64,000 nt of DNA from Octopus vulgaris (GCA_951406725.2 OX597818.1:115630001-115694000), one strand, 5' to 3'; numbered from the stretch's first letter, positions 12,182-25,177 are shown. Notes: generated by a model not told the origin, from the letters alone. Numbers and translations: made by a program.

Positions 12182-12936
12182 ACACTTGTATAAATATTGA
12201 AACTGTACTATATGTGTGTGTGTGTATGTGTGTATGCACACACACACAGAGAATTATACAATTTTCAGCTTGAATAATTTAAAATAAGTATATAATTTAT
12301 TATTAACTTCAATGTCTCTTTTTTTCTTTCACTTCCCCCTCACACATTTCTAATTAAATTCTAGCCTATTACACAATAAAATTCCATTTAATCAGCTTCC
12401 AGTGTTATATTTTCCCAAATAAATTCTCCCTCACTCCCACTCTCTCTCTCCTCACCTCTCTCTCGCTATACTAAAATAGTCTCCAACACTGCTTAACATT
12501 TAGATAACTATAAGCAAACATTATTCACTGTGATATGCAACAATAAATATTAATCAAATTTTAAATCCAACTCAAAGAAAACAATTCTTAAATATCAAAT
12601 GTCTATCTGCTTCAAGACACAATCATTTCAGCGTCCTACCTTAGAAATAGAGTCAAGCCAAAGTTACCAACGGAATTTCTCAGCCTCGCTTCATTTCTTG
12701 CTGTCTGGGATATTTAGAATAAATGTTATGGTCACTGTGACCATGCTCCAAGTATTACTATAAAAATCCTGTGAGATATTTTTCCACAAGTAGCCTGATC
12801 ATGAGACAATCTTAACAGGATTCAGATGAAAAGGGGGAAAAAAATAATAGATTTTGCTATCATAATAAACCTTTTTAATACCAAACCACTTGAGACTGTT
12901 CCAAGATACAAACTTTTAGTTTTAAAATGATATGAT

Positions 12937-13163
12937 TTAACCCTTTAGTATTTAGATTACTCCATCAAATATGATGTTTATTTATTCACATTGTTTGGAA
13001 TTAATCTGCATAATCTTATAGCTTTGAGATTTGGATGATATGATTGTTTATTTTGAGAATGACATAGTAGACTGGGTGTCAGAGACCAAATCTGGCTAGT
13101 CTGAACATAAACCTGGTAAAATATTTTGGCCAAATACAGTCAGTTTAAATGCTAAAGAGCTAA
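12937..13163. mobile_element. TTAA-type (piggyBac-like) MITE, decayed
   Basis: ttaa-ccctttagtattta ... taaatgctaaagag-ctaa; related copies at 25204-25813, ~47300-47810 and 1-120. Confidence 0.6.
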
Positions 13164-13261
13164 AGTCTTCCATCAAATTTCATGTTAATCTCAACACAAG
13201 CTTAATAACAACAAAGTACATTTAGCCATAATAATTCTAGGACCATTCAAGTCTCTTAAGT

Positions 13262-13580
13262 CATCATCATCATCGTTTAATGTCCGTTTTCCATGCTAGC
13301 ATGGGTTGAATGGTTCGACTGGGGTCTGGGAAGCCAGGAGGCTGCACCAGGCTCCAGTCTGATCTGGCAGTGTTTCTACAGCTGGATGCCCTTCCTAACG
13401 CCAACCACTCCATGAGTGTAGTGGGTGCTTTTTACGTGCCACCGGCACAGGGGCCAGAGGAGGCTAGCAAACAACCACGATCGGTGGGTACTTTTTATGT
13501 GTCACTGACACAGACGCCAATCAGGCGGTGCAAGCATCTGCCACATTCGGATGGTGCTTTTAACGTGTCACCGGCACGGG
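13262..13580 (-). mobile_element. SINE B with three modules
   Basis: High similarity to the copies at 18931 and 31225. Confidence 0.9.
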
Positions 13581-14264
13581 AGGTGTCTCTTAAGTATTTC
13601 CATAAAAATCATTTAAGCCAAAAGGGATTTCTGAACAAAATCTAAGAAAAACACAACTTTTTGTATGTATTAGGGGGTGAGTTCTGCCATCCCCTAATAA
13701 TGTAATGTGTCAAAGAAGCTGGCTAAGGCAAATTTAAAACAGACAGCGTTGTCTTTAGGCAATGTAAATATAAACTACGCCTTTTAAGAGCTGTCCTTAG
13801 CTTTGTAATTAAAGCAACATGATTATTTGCAGTTGAATAAATATGTTTTGACTCAACTTATTTTTTAGTGTGTGTGTGTGTGTTTCCATTGCAATTTAGC
13901 CCAAGGTCAACCATAATTAAGCAGATACATGATCAGAAGTATTCTAGCAGTAATCATCCTACCTTCTATTCAGACAAAGTGTATGTAACACTATATTACT
14001 GTATGTATCCTGCTATTTTCAAGCAAGTGTGGTATGATTTTGAAGGATATTTGGCAGCTATTTCCAGCAGTTGAAGTACTCATGCAGAAGTTGGTTCATT
14101 GTTTCATTAACATGGGAGTTAGGAGTGGACTTCACTGAATCCAGTTCAAATACAGAATAAATTGGCCTCCTCTGGATGGCCACAACACTAGATTTTTCCT
14201 TTTGTTCATGTCAACCAATTTACTCCATTTGCAAACAGTTCACACTCTCAATGAAGCACATCAC

Positions 14265-14399
14265 TAATTTCCTCAAATTTCCTTAAATTTCCTCAAATTT
14301 TGCTCAATTTTCCTCAAATTTTACTCAAATTTCCCTCAAATTCTCCTCAATTGTCCTCAAATTTTTCTTAATTTTCCCTCAATTTTCTTAAATATTCCT
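14265..14399. repeat. Degenerate ~10-11-bp minisatellite (aaattttcctc)
   Basis: About 12 imperfect copies visible. Confidence 0.8.
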
Positions 14400-15529
14400 A
14401 TTTACTGAATCCAGTGAAGAACATTATACATATGTTGTTGCTTTCAACAAAGTTAACCCATGTTGAATTTGAACTTGGAACCGAAGCAGGCAAAACTAAA
14501 TCATGTAAACCCCTTAAACCAGAGATCTACTCTTCTGGTTATACTAGTCCTTTAATATAACAACTTGATGTGATATTATTCAAAAATCATTTATCAACTA
14601 TGAAATTACATAAAGTTAAAGTTTGATTTCCTTTGGAGGGGATGGGGTACAACTTAACAAGGGATAGAATCCAAAACTGAGCACTTTTCACAGTAATATT
14701 TTTCATCTTTACATGTTAAGCATAGATTTTGCTGCCCTAAGCTTGAGCTATTGAATTTCTAAGACTAACATTCCCATCAATATCACCATTTAATGTCCAT
14801 TTTAACATGCTGGCATGGTTCTGAGAGTCAAGCCAAGCTCCAATGCCTGCTTTGGCCTGGTTTCCACTGCTGGATGCCCAGCCTAATGCCATCCACTTTA
14901 CAAAGTGCACTGGGAGATTTTTACATGACACCCGCCTTTAATATATTAAACACTCTACCAGAGAAAAATATAAGTATCGATCATATACAAGAGTGAGTTT
15001 GTTGCAATTAATGAAAACCAGAAATAACATCTACAATCATGTTTATATCACTGAGTCACTTCAAGTAATGATCAACTCATTTAGCAATAACTTCAAAACT
15101 TAGCATTTATTAACATTTAGCATTCTTTATTGTAAATAGAATTTTAAGCTTTCACCATTTATATTGACTATAAAAAAACAGTCTAATATTGGAAGATATA
15201 AAACCTACATGCATGTGCACCAATACCCTTTTTTTTTCTCTGTAGTAAGTTCATATGCCCCAATATTAGACTACATTCAGTAGCCAATAATATACAGTGA
15301 AAACTTCATCATTTAACGTCTGCCTTCCATGCTAGCTTGGGTGGTACAGTTTCACAAGAGCCAACCAGGTAGAAGCCTGCACCAGACTTCTGTGACTGTT
15401 TTGGCAAGATTTTTACAGCTGGATGCCCTTCCTAACACCAACCATTCAGCAGAGTGGATCTAGTGCTTTTTACGTTGAACAAGCACAGGTGAGGTCAGTA
15501 GTGCTTTTTGCATGGCATAAGTACATATA

Positions 15530-15755
15530 TTTACTCTTTACTCTTTTACTTGTTTCAGTCATTTGACTGCGGCCTTGCTGGAGCACCACCTTTAGTTGAG
15601 CAAATCAACCCCAGGATTTATTCTTTGTAAGCCTAGTACTTATTCTATCGGGATCTTTTGCCGAACCGCTAAGTTATGGGGACATAAACACACCAGCATC
15701 AGTTGTCAAGCAATGTTGGGGGGACAAACACAGACACACAAACATATACACACAC

Positions 15756-15809
<54 letters not shown>

Positions 15810-15970
15810 CGGGCTTCTTTCAGTTTCCTTCTACCAAATCCACTCAAAAGGCTTTGGTCGGCCCGAGGCTATAGTAGAAGACACTTGCCCGAGGTGTCAC
15901 ACAGTGGGACTGAACCTGGAACCATGTGGTTGGTAAGCAAGCTAACTACCACACAGCCATTCCTGCGCCT
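15530..15970 (-). mobile_element. SINE A, full length
   Basis: Tail (ctcttttact)-type repeat, cagtcatttgactg hairpin, internal (TA)n, head ending accacacagccattcctgcgcc. Confidence 0.92.
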
Positions 15971-16694
15971 TTACAAAAAATTTTCACTCATTATCATTTA
16001 ACTTACACCAAAAACGCACATATTTAGCATACTTTATTTTCCAGGATACAAGTTGATGTAGTATATAGTGTAAATATTCAAACACCACCACTGTCTTTCC
16101 AAATCCTACTGCATTTCACATGGAATTTTTGGTCCTCCCATGTTGTGTTTTGGCACATAAATTGACCTCCTTTTTTTGGCTGTAAAATTTGATCAGAAAA
16201 ATTCAACTTGCATGTTGGAAAATGCCTGTTATTCAATGCCAATATGGCTTGCATAAATAAGTCTGCTAGACAATAAACCTTCCAATCAGCATGATCTTGC
16301 ATCACATCGTCTCATCCCAAAGGCTTCATCATTTATTATGCAAACTCACCACACCATCCCAAGATTTCTTTACCCCCACACTTAACCCCACTCCATGGAC
16401 TTTTTATCATCTCGTAACATATTTCCATCTATCGTGCATGCTCCATTCACATTATGTATCCAAAAACTGGAATTATTTCTTTTACAAACATCAAACAAAT
16501 TCCTATACATATACATATTGGTTGATTCCATTGCTTCCTCATCTCATTTGTATTCGAAATATCATTGATGCTGACGTTGAATAAACAACAGAATATTTAA
16601 TAAAGCTTCTGATAATTCTAATCAGGAGATCTCGTATAACAGAACTTTGGAATTAAATTGGAAAATTTCATACATACTGGATAGATATAAAGAG

Positions 16695-16814
16695 ATAGTT
16701 ATGCACACACACACACACACACACATATGTGCATGAGTGTGTATATATAAGTATATATACATGTATGTGTGTGTGTGTATATATATATATATAAAAATAA
16801 ATATAAGAGAATGG

Positions 16815-16860
<46 letters not shown>

Positions 16861-17190
16861 AACATGTGTGTGTGTACATATATTTATGTGTGTATACACA
16901 TATACCTCAAAAATAAATACACACACACACACGTGTGTGCATGTGAGTATATATACATGTGTATGTATATATATATACGTATGTGTATATGTGTGTACAT
17001 GTATGAACATATATATGTATGTATGTGTATATGTGTGTGAGTATATATATCTATCTATCTCCCTCTCTCTATATATATATATACATACAAACACACATAC
17101 ATACATACATACATACATACATACATACATACATACATACATACAAACAAACAAACAAAACACACACACATATATACATACATACATATC
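16695..17190. repeat. Compound CA/TA/CATA microsatellite
   Basis: Directly visible. Confidence 0.9.
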
Positions 17191-17552
17191 TCAAAAATAA
17201 ATACACACCACATTTTCAAAAGATTTGGTTCTAGAAACAACGTAATGTAATTTGAGGCATTTATATGCTTAATCTAGCATTTAATAAGACAAGCCTCGTG
17301 TATAATACATTAGCAAATGCTGAGCACTAGGTACTGTCCACACAGGTAAAACAGCTTACTTCTGAGACGTCATTGCATGTTTATCTACACACACACACAT
17401 ATATGTGCAGACAGATAAAACTTGATAGCTTCTGTTCCATGAACGCAAAGCTCACCAATGCATTGGAAAATCAATGCAAATAGCAAATCCAATTTTAATA
17501 TTTAACATTAATTCTTATGAGAGGCCACTTGAAAGAGGGTGTATATATGCTA

Positions 17553-18102
17553 CTAGCAGCTAAGCCTGGTTTCACCCGGTCGGTTTGGATGATGTGGCTG
17601 TGATCATTTTCGGTTAAGGATATGTGAATGAAAATTAAGTTCAGACCTGTACATGATAGGTCAACCTGGTAGAAATAGCAGCCAAATCTCCCTCAAAAAA
17701 CCCTACTGTCTTAATTGGACAATTCTGCCCGTTATGTAGTTTGAATGAGAAACAGTAACTAAAGATTAAGATCATTAACCCCACAAAGAGGTGAAAGAAG
17801 AGAGCGAAAATTTTGGCTGACTGTCATCCTGTACACCCCTTGTTGCTAGCGAAATGGTATATGCCGGCTGTGTGAGCATTTGTTTCAATGGTGGAACAAA
17901 CAGGGAAATTCCATTAGTAAAAGTTTCAATTGATTTTCTCGGTAAGTATGGAGGCTACAACAAAAATAGAAACCGCATTCCAATCCATGCAACCATCTCC
18001 ACATGTGTGCCATTTTTCACGTGAATCCACCCAGCCGTTTGGCTGTGAACCTCAAGACAAGAAAGAATACAACGATCGCCCATGTCCAATTTGTATTATA
18101 GA
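17553..18102 (-). mobile_element. Non-autonomous Helitron
   Basis: Minus strand starts TC(tataatac), ends with hairpin ccggg-tgaaa-ccagg about 8 nt before CTAG; sits between A (17552) and T (18103) with no TSD. Confidence 0.7.
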
Positions 18103-18685
18103 TAAGTAAGTATCTTCTTTCAATTATACAGTTTAAGTTTTTGAAATTGCAAACTGAGGTTTAAGAGCTCAGAGTCTTCACAGATGGATATGTCATCACT
18201 TAACATTCGTTTTCCATTCTGGTATGGGCTGGATGATGGTTTGACAGGATTCTGCAAGCTACAATGATTGTGATGAGCTTCATGGCCAGCTTTGTCAAAT
18301 TTCCTACAGTTGCATGCCCCTCTTAACACCCATATTGTATTGGGTGCTGTTTTTTTTTTTTTTTTCATGCCACTAACACTAGTGAAGTTGGCAGGTAAGC
18401 TGAGACACACAGACAGTGAGTAGTACTCGTCAATCAACAGCGTTCCACATTTGCTATTCCATGCTGGCCTGAATGGGTTGAGTTTTCTGAGGCAATATTT
18501 TATGGATGGATGTCCTTCCCAAGGCCAGCCCTTTCAGTTGCTTTTTATTACAGGCTTAGAAAAATAAGTATTGGGGTTGATTTGTTTGACCACATTTCTT
18601 CAGGGCAGTACCCCAGCATGATCACAGTCCAAGGACTGAAACAAGACACACAGACATACACACACATAGATACACTGGTACCCAT

Positions 18686-18920
18686 ACCGGTGGCATATAA
18701 AAAGCATCATTTGAATGTGGCTGGCTGCCATGCCGGTGGCACATAAAAGCACCCACCGCACTCTTGGAATGGTTGGTGTTAGGAAGGACATCCAACTGCA
18801 GAAGTTATGCCAAATCAGATTGGAACCTGGTGCAGCCTCCTGGCTTGCCTGTTCTTAGTCGAACCTTCCGACCCATGTCAGCATGGAAAGCAGATGTTAA
18901 ACGATGATGCTGATGATGAT
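18686..18920 (+). mobile_element. SINE B (left member of a tail-to-tail pair)
   Basis: Two modules plus tail gcatggaaagcagatgttaaacgatgatgctgatgatgat. Confidence 0.85.
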
Positions 18921-18930
18921 GCCATACACA

Positions 18931-19315
18931 CATCATCATCATCATTGTTTAACGTCCGTTTTCCATGCTAGCATGTGTTGGACAGTTTGACCGGGGTCTA
19001 GGAAGCCAGGAGGCTGCACCAGGCTCCAATCTGATCTGGCAGTGTCTCTACAGCTGGATGCCCTTCCTAACGCCAACCACTCCGTGAGTGTAGTGGGTGC
19101 TTTTTACGTGCCAGGGGAGTCTGGCAATGGCCACAATTAGTTGGTGCTTTTTACGTGCCACCGGCACAGAAGCCAGTCAAGTCAGCGCTGGCATCGACCA
19201 CGTATGGATGGTGCTTTTTACATGCCACCGGCACAGGTGCCAGGGGAAGCTGGCAACGGCCACGTTCAGTTGGTGCTTTTTATGTGCCACCGGCACAGAA
19301 GCCAGTCAAGGCAGC
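18931..19315 (-). mobile_element. SINE B with four modules (right member of the pair)
   Basis: Four ggtgcttttta(c/t)(g/a)tgcca units. Confidence 0.9.
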
Positions 19316-19854
19316 GCCATCCATTCTATGTCAGCATGGAACACTGGAACATAAACATTAAATGAGGATGGTTACATGTGTGTATATGTATGTATGCATT
19401 CAGTTAAATATATACAGATGTCTATGAATGGATATACATACAGACTGATAGCTAGAGAGAGAGAGAGTGAGGGTGAGAGAGAGAAGCATAACTTAGGAAA
19501 CAAAGTTTTACATTTCACTTCAAAAATAGAAAATTCTAAATTTGAGTGGACTTGCTGTTCTAATTTTAAACAGAATCACCTAATTCCACCTTATCATTTG
19601 CAAAACCTACATTCCCGAAACATATCTCTCTGCATCCCCACAGCACAAAAAAAAAGAGAGAAAATATAAAACTGTGTCAAAATAACTTGATTTTACTGAT
19701 AGTCAGACTTGCAAGATGCCCTCAACAGACTTCCAAGCAATTCAGATGTTTACAATACTGATTTACATGAAGAGGGTCCAGTAAAGTATGTCATAACTCT
19801 CCAGGGACATGCACTTTGAAAGTCTGGAGCATAACATGCCACAACCACTAAATT

Positions 19855-20175
19855 CATCATCATCATATTTAACGTCCGCTTTACATGCTGGCATGGGTTG
19901 GATGGTGTGACTGAGGACTGTCAAGCCAAGAGGCTGTCACCAGGCTCCAATCTAATTTGGCAAGGTTTCTACAGCTGGATGCCCTTCCTAATGCCAACCA
20001 CTCAGAGAGTGTAATGGGTACTTTTTACATGCCACCAGCATGGGAGCCAGTCAGGTGGCACTGGCATCAGCCACTCGAATGGTGCTTTTTATGTATCATT
20101 GGCACAGGTGCCAATCAGGTGGCACTGGCGTCAGCCACACTCAAATGGTACTTTTTACATGTCACCGGCATGGGT
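19855..20175 (-). mobile_element. SINE B with three modules
   Basis: Same tail and modules as other B copies. Confidence 0.85.
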
Positions 20176-20264
20176 ACTAGACCAGCACCCATATACATAT
20201 AGTAATACCAAAAATTTATCCAATTTTTTGTTTTGATGTTGTGAGTGTGTGAATATATATGACA

Positions 20265-20410
20265 GAATTAAAATTACACCAAGGTCGACTCTGCTTTTCA
20301 TCTTTTCGGGGTCGATAAATTAAGTACCAGTTGCATACTGGGGTCAATCTAATCAACTGGCCCTGTCTCCAAAAATTTTGGGCCTTGTGTCTAGAGTAGA
20401 AAAGAATATA
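20265..20410 (+). mobile_element. SINE C, 5'-truncated
   Basis: aaggtcgactctgcttttcatcttttcggggtcgataaattaagtaccag...ggccttgtgtctagagtagaaaagaat. Confidence 0.8.
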
Positions 20411-20964
20411 CATGATAGAATTGCAGCTGTTAAGAATTTACTATTAGGCATTATACCTGGTGTATGCATGTGTGTGTGTGTGTGCGTGTGTGCATGTGTG
20501 TGTGCATGTGTGTGTGCATGTGTGTGTGCATGTGTGTGAGTGTGTGTCTCTCTCTCTCTCACTCTCTCTCAGGGCATGATTACTATCACTTAATAGCCAA
20601 AAATTAAAACAGACTCAAGGAATTACTGCCAAGCAAGACCAAAGTTAAAGATTGTAGAGAGACCAAGAGAAGGAACTCTCCATGACACAAAACTCAAGTG
20701 ACACTTACGTCGGAAGTGAACAATTGAGAGAGAAAGAACTTATGCAAATTGACACAAAGTCTTTTAAAAGTCATTAGAGATGAATTCTATTAGGAATTAA
20801 GAAAAGTCTAAATCCTGGTTAACCCTTTTGTTACTATTTTTCTTTTAAATGTCCGCTGCCTTTTCTTCAATCAATTTTGAAAATAATTGTGAATTTAGTA
20901 AAATAGCTTTGTTATTATTAAGCTGATAGGCGCAGGTGTGGCTGTGTGGTAATAAGCTTACAAA

Positions 20965-21638
20965 TGGGCAAGCGGCACAGAAGGTGCATGTCCCTGCTCC
21001 CATAGCCTCTAAAAGAAAGACGAAAAAGAGGAGCAGAGGACAGTCGGCGGGTGCCCCTGTGCCGCCGACTGAACCACTGGTGAAATGTGTACCACCAGTA
21101 GAAAAGGCTCCATCAGTGGGAAGTATGCCACTAACAGAGCAGCTTGAGGCCCCTTCATGTGAGGAGGAGGAGTTTGTCCTCTTTTATCACGAGGGAGGGC
21201 CTGTGAGAGAATTTTTGGACAGCCTGGGCGACCGAGACCATAGATACTCAGACTGCATTGGCAGTCCAATATGGCCTCCGCAGGTGGTTGTGGAAGTAAT
21301 AGGACATAAAATTCTTTCAAGAGTCAAAGAGACCTTTGACAAGAAAGAGTTTGCTTTCCTCCTCACGGACCCCGACTTGTCAGTGCAGAGTTGTCGGCAG
21401 GCAGCAAGTCAACTTGCTTGGGGGCTCCGATGAGGAGGATTGACCTTCACTTTATTGATTTGTATTGATTTTTTGATCGCAAAGGAAAAATTTGTATTCG
21501 AGGGCTTGTTGGTCAGTGGGCGCTGACATCCCTCTCACCTTTATCATTATGTTTTCATTTCATCTCATTTTGTCTACGTCCAGCCCACAAGCTTCTTACT
21601 CTGTGTAATGCCCTCGTGGAAAATTATATGAAATAAAG
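20965..21638 (+). mobile_element. TSD-flanked retro-insertion with an open ~155-codon frame of unknown product
   Basis: 11-bp direct repeat aagcttacaaa at 20954-20964 and 21639-21649; frame open to TGA at 21433; ~200-nt T-rich tail ending AATAAAG; GC content higher than flanks. Confidence 0.65.
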
Positions 21639-24043
21639 AAGCTTACAAAGAATAAGTCCTTGGGTTGATTTCTTTCACCGCATTTCATCCAAAATGTTTA
21701 ACAATATTTCATCCATTGAGGATCACTTTACTTTTCATTCCTCGGAGTCGATAAAGTAAGTATCGGTTGAGCACTTGAGTTGAGTGTATGCTTGTTATTG
21801 TACACTTAATTTTGTTACCAAGCAATGTAGAGCTAGATTCTTCTTACAAGCCACAGAAAGAGAAAAATGGTACCACAATTAGTATGTTATTCTTATTCAT
21901 AGCATAATATCCAAAACACACCCAACAGTGTGTCTCAATGACTCAATCAGTCAGTTTTCCAAGAAGATTAGGTTACTGACCTCCTTCTTGCTCGATGAAG
22001 ATAAAAACACTAGTAAATTGACAAGTTACAGCCAAACAAAACCATGAAAGCCAGGCAACAAACAAGGAACCTCTATGTGGTCAACTGACATGCTAGAAAT
22101 GCCAGACAAATCTTCTTCAAAGCACAGCTATCATCTTTTAAAAATGCAAACATACTGGTTAATGTAGACTTTGATACACAATACCTGAAAACCATAATGG
22201 GATTGTTACAACTGGAATGCTTTTGAGTACAGGTCTGTTCAAGCAAGGATGACCTGGGGCAAAAAAAAAACCAACAAAACCTAAAAATTCCATGCTGTTT
22301 AAGTGCCATTTTATCATAGAAGTCATTAAAGAGTGAACATCGAATGACCTGCCATTTTAAAGTAACCGTACATGAGAGGCCAAAGTATCAATAACAAAAG
22401 AATAATGACATTTTCCTTATAAGCTACCATTGTTCTTTTGGAACTAAACTGAGTTCCAATTTCCCAAAAATAATGGTTTCAAGTTTTGGCAAAAGGCCAG
22501 CATTTCTTTTTCTGTTTTTTTTTTTTTAAGGGTTAGCTGATTACATCAACCTTAGTGTCAACTGGTGCTTATTTTATTGACCCCAAAAGGATAGAAGACA
22601 CGATCAACCTCAACAGAATTTGAACCCAGCATTTCAAAGAGCATAATAGGGAGAGTTTCTGTTTCACCGAAAGGGCTTTTTTTTTTTCGGGGGGGGGAGG
22701 GGGGGGCTGATAAAACAGTCACAGAGAGTGGACCTTTGTTTGCAGGTCAAATTAGTGTAAACAGATGCAGCTACTAACCAACCCAGCAGATCAAGGCCTT
22801 CATAGAAAATATGGCAAGGAATACCAAATGCTTACAACGGTGTGAACCAAAGGCAACAAACTAAGATCTTGGTAGTGTTTTAAACCTGATGGAATCTATT
22901 GCTATGGTAACCTGTTTATCAACAGATATTATATCAACAGAAAAAAAAAACAACAAAAAGAAACTGTATTATTTTTTGATGAAGACCACATATGAAAAAT
23001 CAAATTTTAGAAAATGAAGAGAGTCAATGACTATTGTAAAGGTTCAAAGATGCAATGAAAATTTTAGGAAAAATGAATAAGTAAATGAGTGGAAACATTA
23101 CCAGTGTGTGTGTTAAATAATAAGAGACTAAAAGAGAATGACTATCCCCAGACACAACAAAATATGCTTCAACATATAAAGAATCTTGCAAACCAAATCC
23201 AAAAATGAAAGAAAATGGAGAGTTATACAATTTTGAAGAAGGTTATTAAAAATTTCAACTTAACAAGAAGTGATTGACAGTAGAATAACCATAACCTACT
23301 GCTGCTAAAAGGGATGCTTTAACCCTTTTATGGCCATATTTCTCATGAAGTACACGAAGTTTGAATAAATTTTGAAAAACCAAGAATTTTAAGGGATTGA
23401 GAAAAATAACTTTTTTTTTCAGAATTGAGATGATATTTGGAATGTAACTAAACAAATGGTTCTGGTAGCTGCTGCAAGTGCCGCTGGCCATTCTCAGCAG
23501 CAATGCCTTTGCAATTATGTCCACAAGGCACAGCTGAACACACCATTTGGTCTGCGGTGTACAACCCAGAACTCCCTCCCCGCCAACTTCTGCTGCTTAA
23601 TTCCCCTCTTTTTGTTTATGTTTCTCTGGTGAGGGAGTTATGGGGGGGGGTTCTCAATAATTTGATAGTTTATTCTTTTAATGTTGTCTTTCTTTCTTTC
23701 CTTCCTGTAAGAATATGTTGTTAATAAAATGGGGTCTTTGACTCAAAGTCACGATGGAAAGTTTTAATTAAAAAATGGACATTTGAAAATAAGAGGCTTG
23801 ACATCATAAAACCAGAATAATCTCCAATCAAAGAACTAAGATCAACACTAAAATTTGAGAACCAACAGATTGCATTCTCCCTCTCTCTCAATACACACAA
23901 TGACAACACACCTGAATGCTCGACTGAAACAGGAAAAAGAAGGGCATACATTAAGCAGGCAAAAAACAGAAGACAGAGAAATAGAGATTGGTAAAGAGAT
24001 ACCAAAATATACTGCTGTATAAAATGCCTTTTTTCTTTCTTAA

Positions 24044-24265
24044 CCCTTTCGTTACCAACTCGGCTGAAACCGGCTCTGGCTCTTTAGTACAAATGTCTGG
24101 TTTTCAAAAGTTCTGAATTAAAACCTTCCACCAAACCTTAGTCACAATTTATGTCCCTAACTCTAGCTTAATGATAACTAAGTTATTTTACTTAATTCTT
24201 TCTTATATTTAAAATTTATTGAAAGAAACACAGAGCATCTCAAAATAAATACAGTAACGAAAGGG
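24044..24265. mobile_element. TTAA-type (piggyBac-like) MITE, intact ends
   Basis: TTAA-ccctttcgttac ... gtaacgaaaggg-TTAA: perfect 12-bp TIR and TTAA duplication. Confidence 0.9.
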
Positions 24266-24576
24266 TTAAATGTAACAAAAAAATTGTTGTTCATCAAATG
24301 TGATGTATTATGGATGGAATACCAAGAGCCTGAGGAACATATTAAACTTGTTTTTTACCACAAAAAAAAAAAGGATTTGCCTTAAGCATAAGTGCGTTTT
24401 ATATATACTTGCAAATACAGTAGATATACAGCAATTTAGAGGAGTGACAGAAAAAAAAAATGTTTATCAGAATTTCTTAAATAATTTAACTATTAGTGAC
24501 AGAAGTAGCTTTTGTAACAAATATTAATTAGCACTTCCAATCTAACTTGGTGTTGTAAACAACTTAAAGACATTAT

Positions 24577-24975
24577 TACTCCTTTTACTTGTTTCAGTCA
24601 TTTGACTGCGGCCATGCTGGAGCACCACCTTTAGTCGATCGAGCAAATTGACCCCAGGACTTATTCTTTGTAAGCCTAGTACTTATTCTATCGGACTCTT
24701 TTGCCGAACCGCTAAGTTATGGGGAGGTAAACACACCAGTATCGGTTGTCAAGCGATGTTGGGGGGACAAACACAGACACACAAACATATACACACACAT
24801 GCATATACATATATACGACAGGCTTCTTTCAGTTTCCGTCTACCAAATCCACTCACAAGGCTTTGGTCGGCCCGAGGCTATAGTAGAAGACACTTGCCCA
24901 AGGTGCCACACAGTGGGACTGAACCCGGAACCATGTGATTTGTAAGCACGCTACTAACCACACACCCACTCCTCT
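24577..24975 (-). mobile_element. SINE A, full length
   Basis: Near-identical to 15530-15970. Confidence 0.92.
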
Positions 24976-25032
24976 GCCCATTATGAACAACATCCAAGTG
25001 TGGTTGGATGTTCCAATTAATATTCTTAAATT

Positions 25033-25177
25033 TGGCATTAGGAAGGGCATCCAGCTGTAGAAACTCTGCCAGATCAAGACTGAAGCCTGGTGCAGCCATC
25101 TGGTTCGCCAGCCCTCGGTCATTCATCCAACCCATGCTAGCATGGAAAGCAGACGTTAAACGATGATGATGATGATG
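25033..25177 (+). mobile_element. SINE B, 5'-truncated
   Basis: ttggcattaggaagggcatccagctgtagaaac...gacgttaaacgatgatgatgatgatga. Confidence 0.85.

Noticed and set aside
19095-19315. CRISPR-like repeat-spacer array (ggtgctttttacgtgccaccggcac units)
   Set aside because: Eukaryotic context, no cas genes, spacers are similar to each other and recur in other SINE B copies.
19703-19785. Plus-strand exon-like stretch SDLQDALNRLPSNSDVYNTDLHEEGPVK between AG and GTATGT
   Set aside because: Weak splice signals, no recognisable homology and no partner exons; cannot be distinguished from chance or a TE relic.
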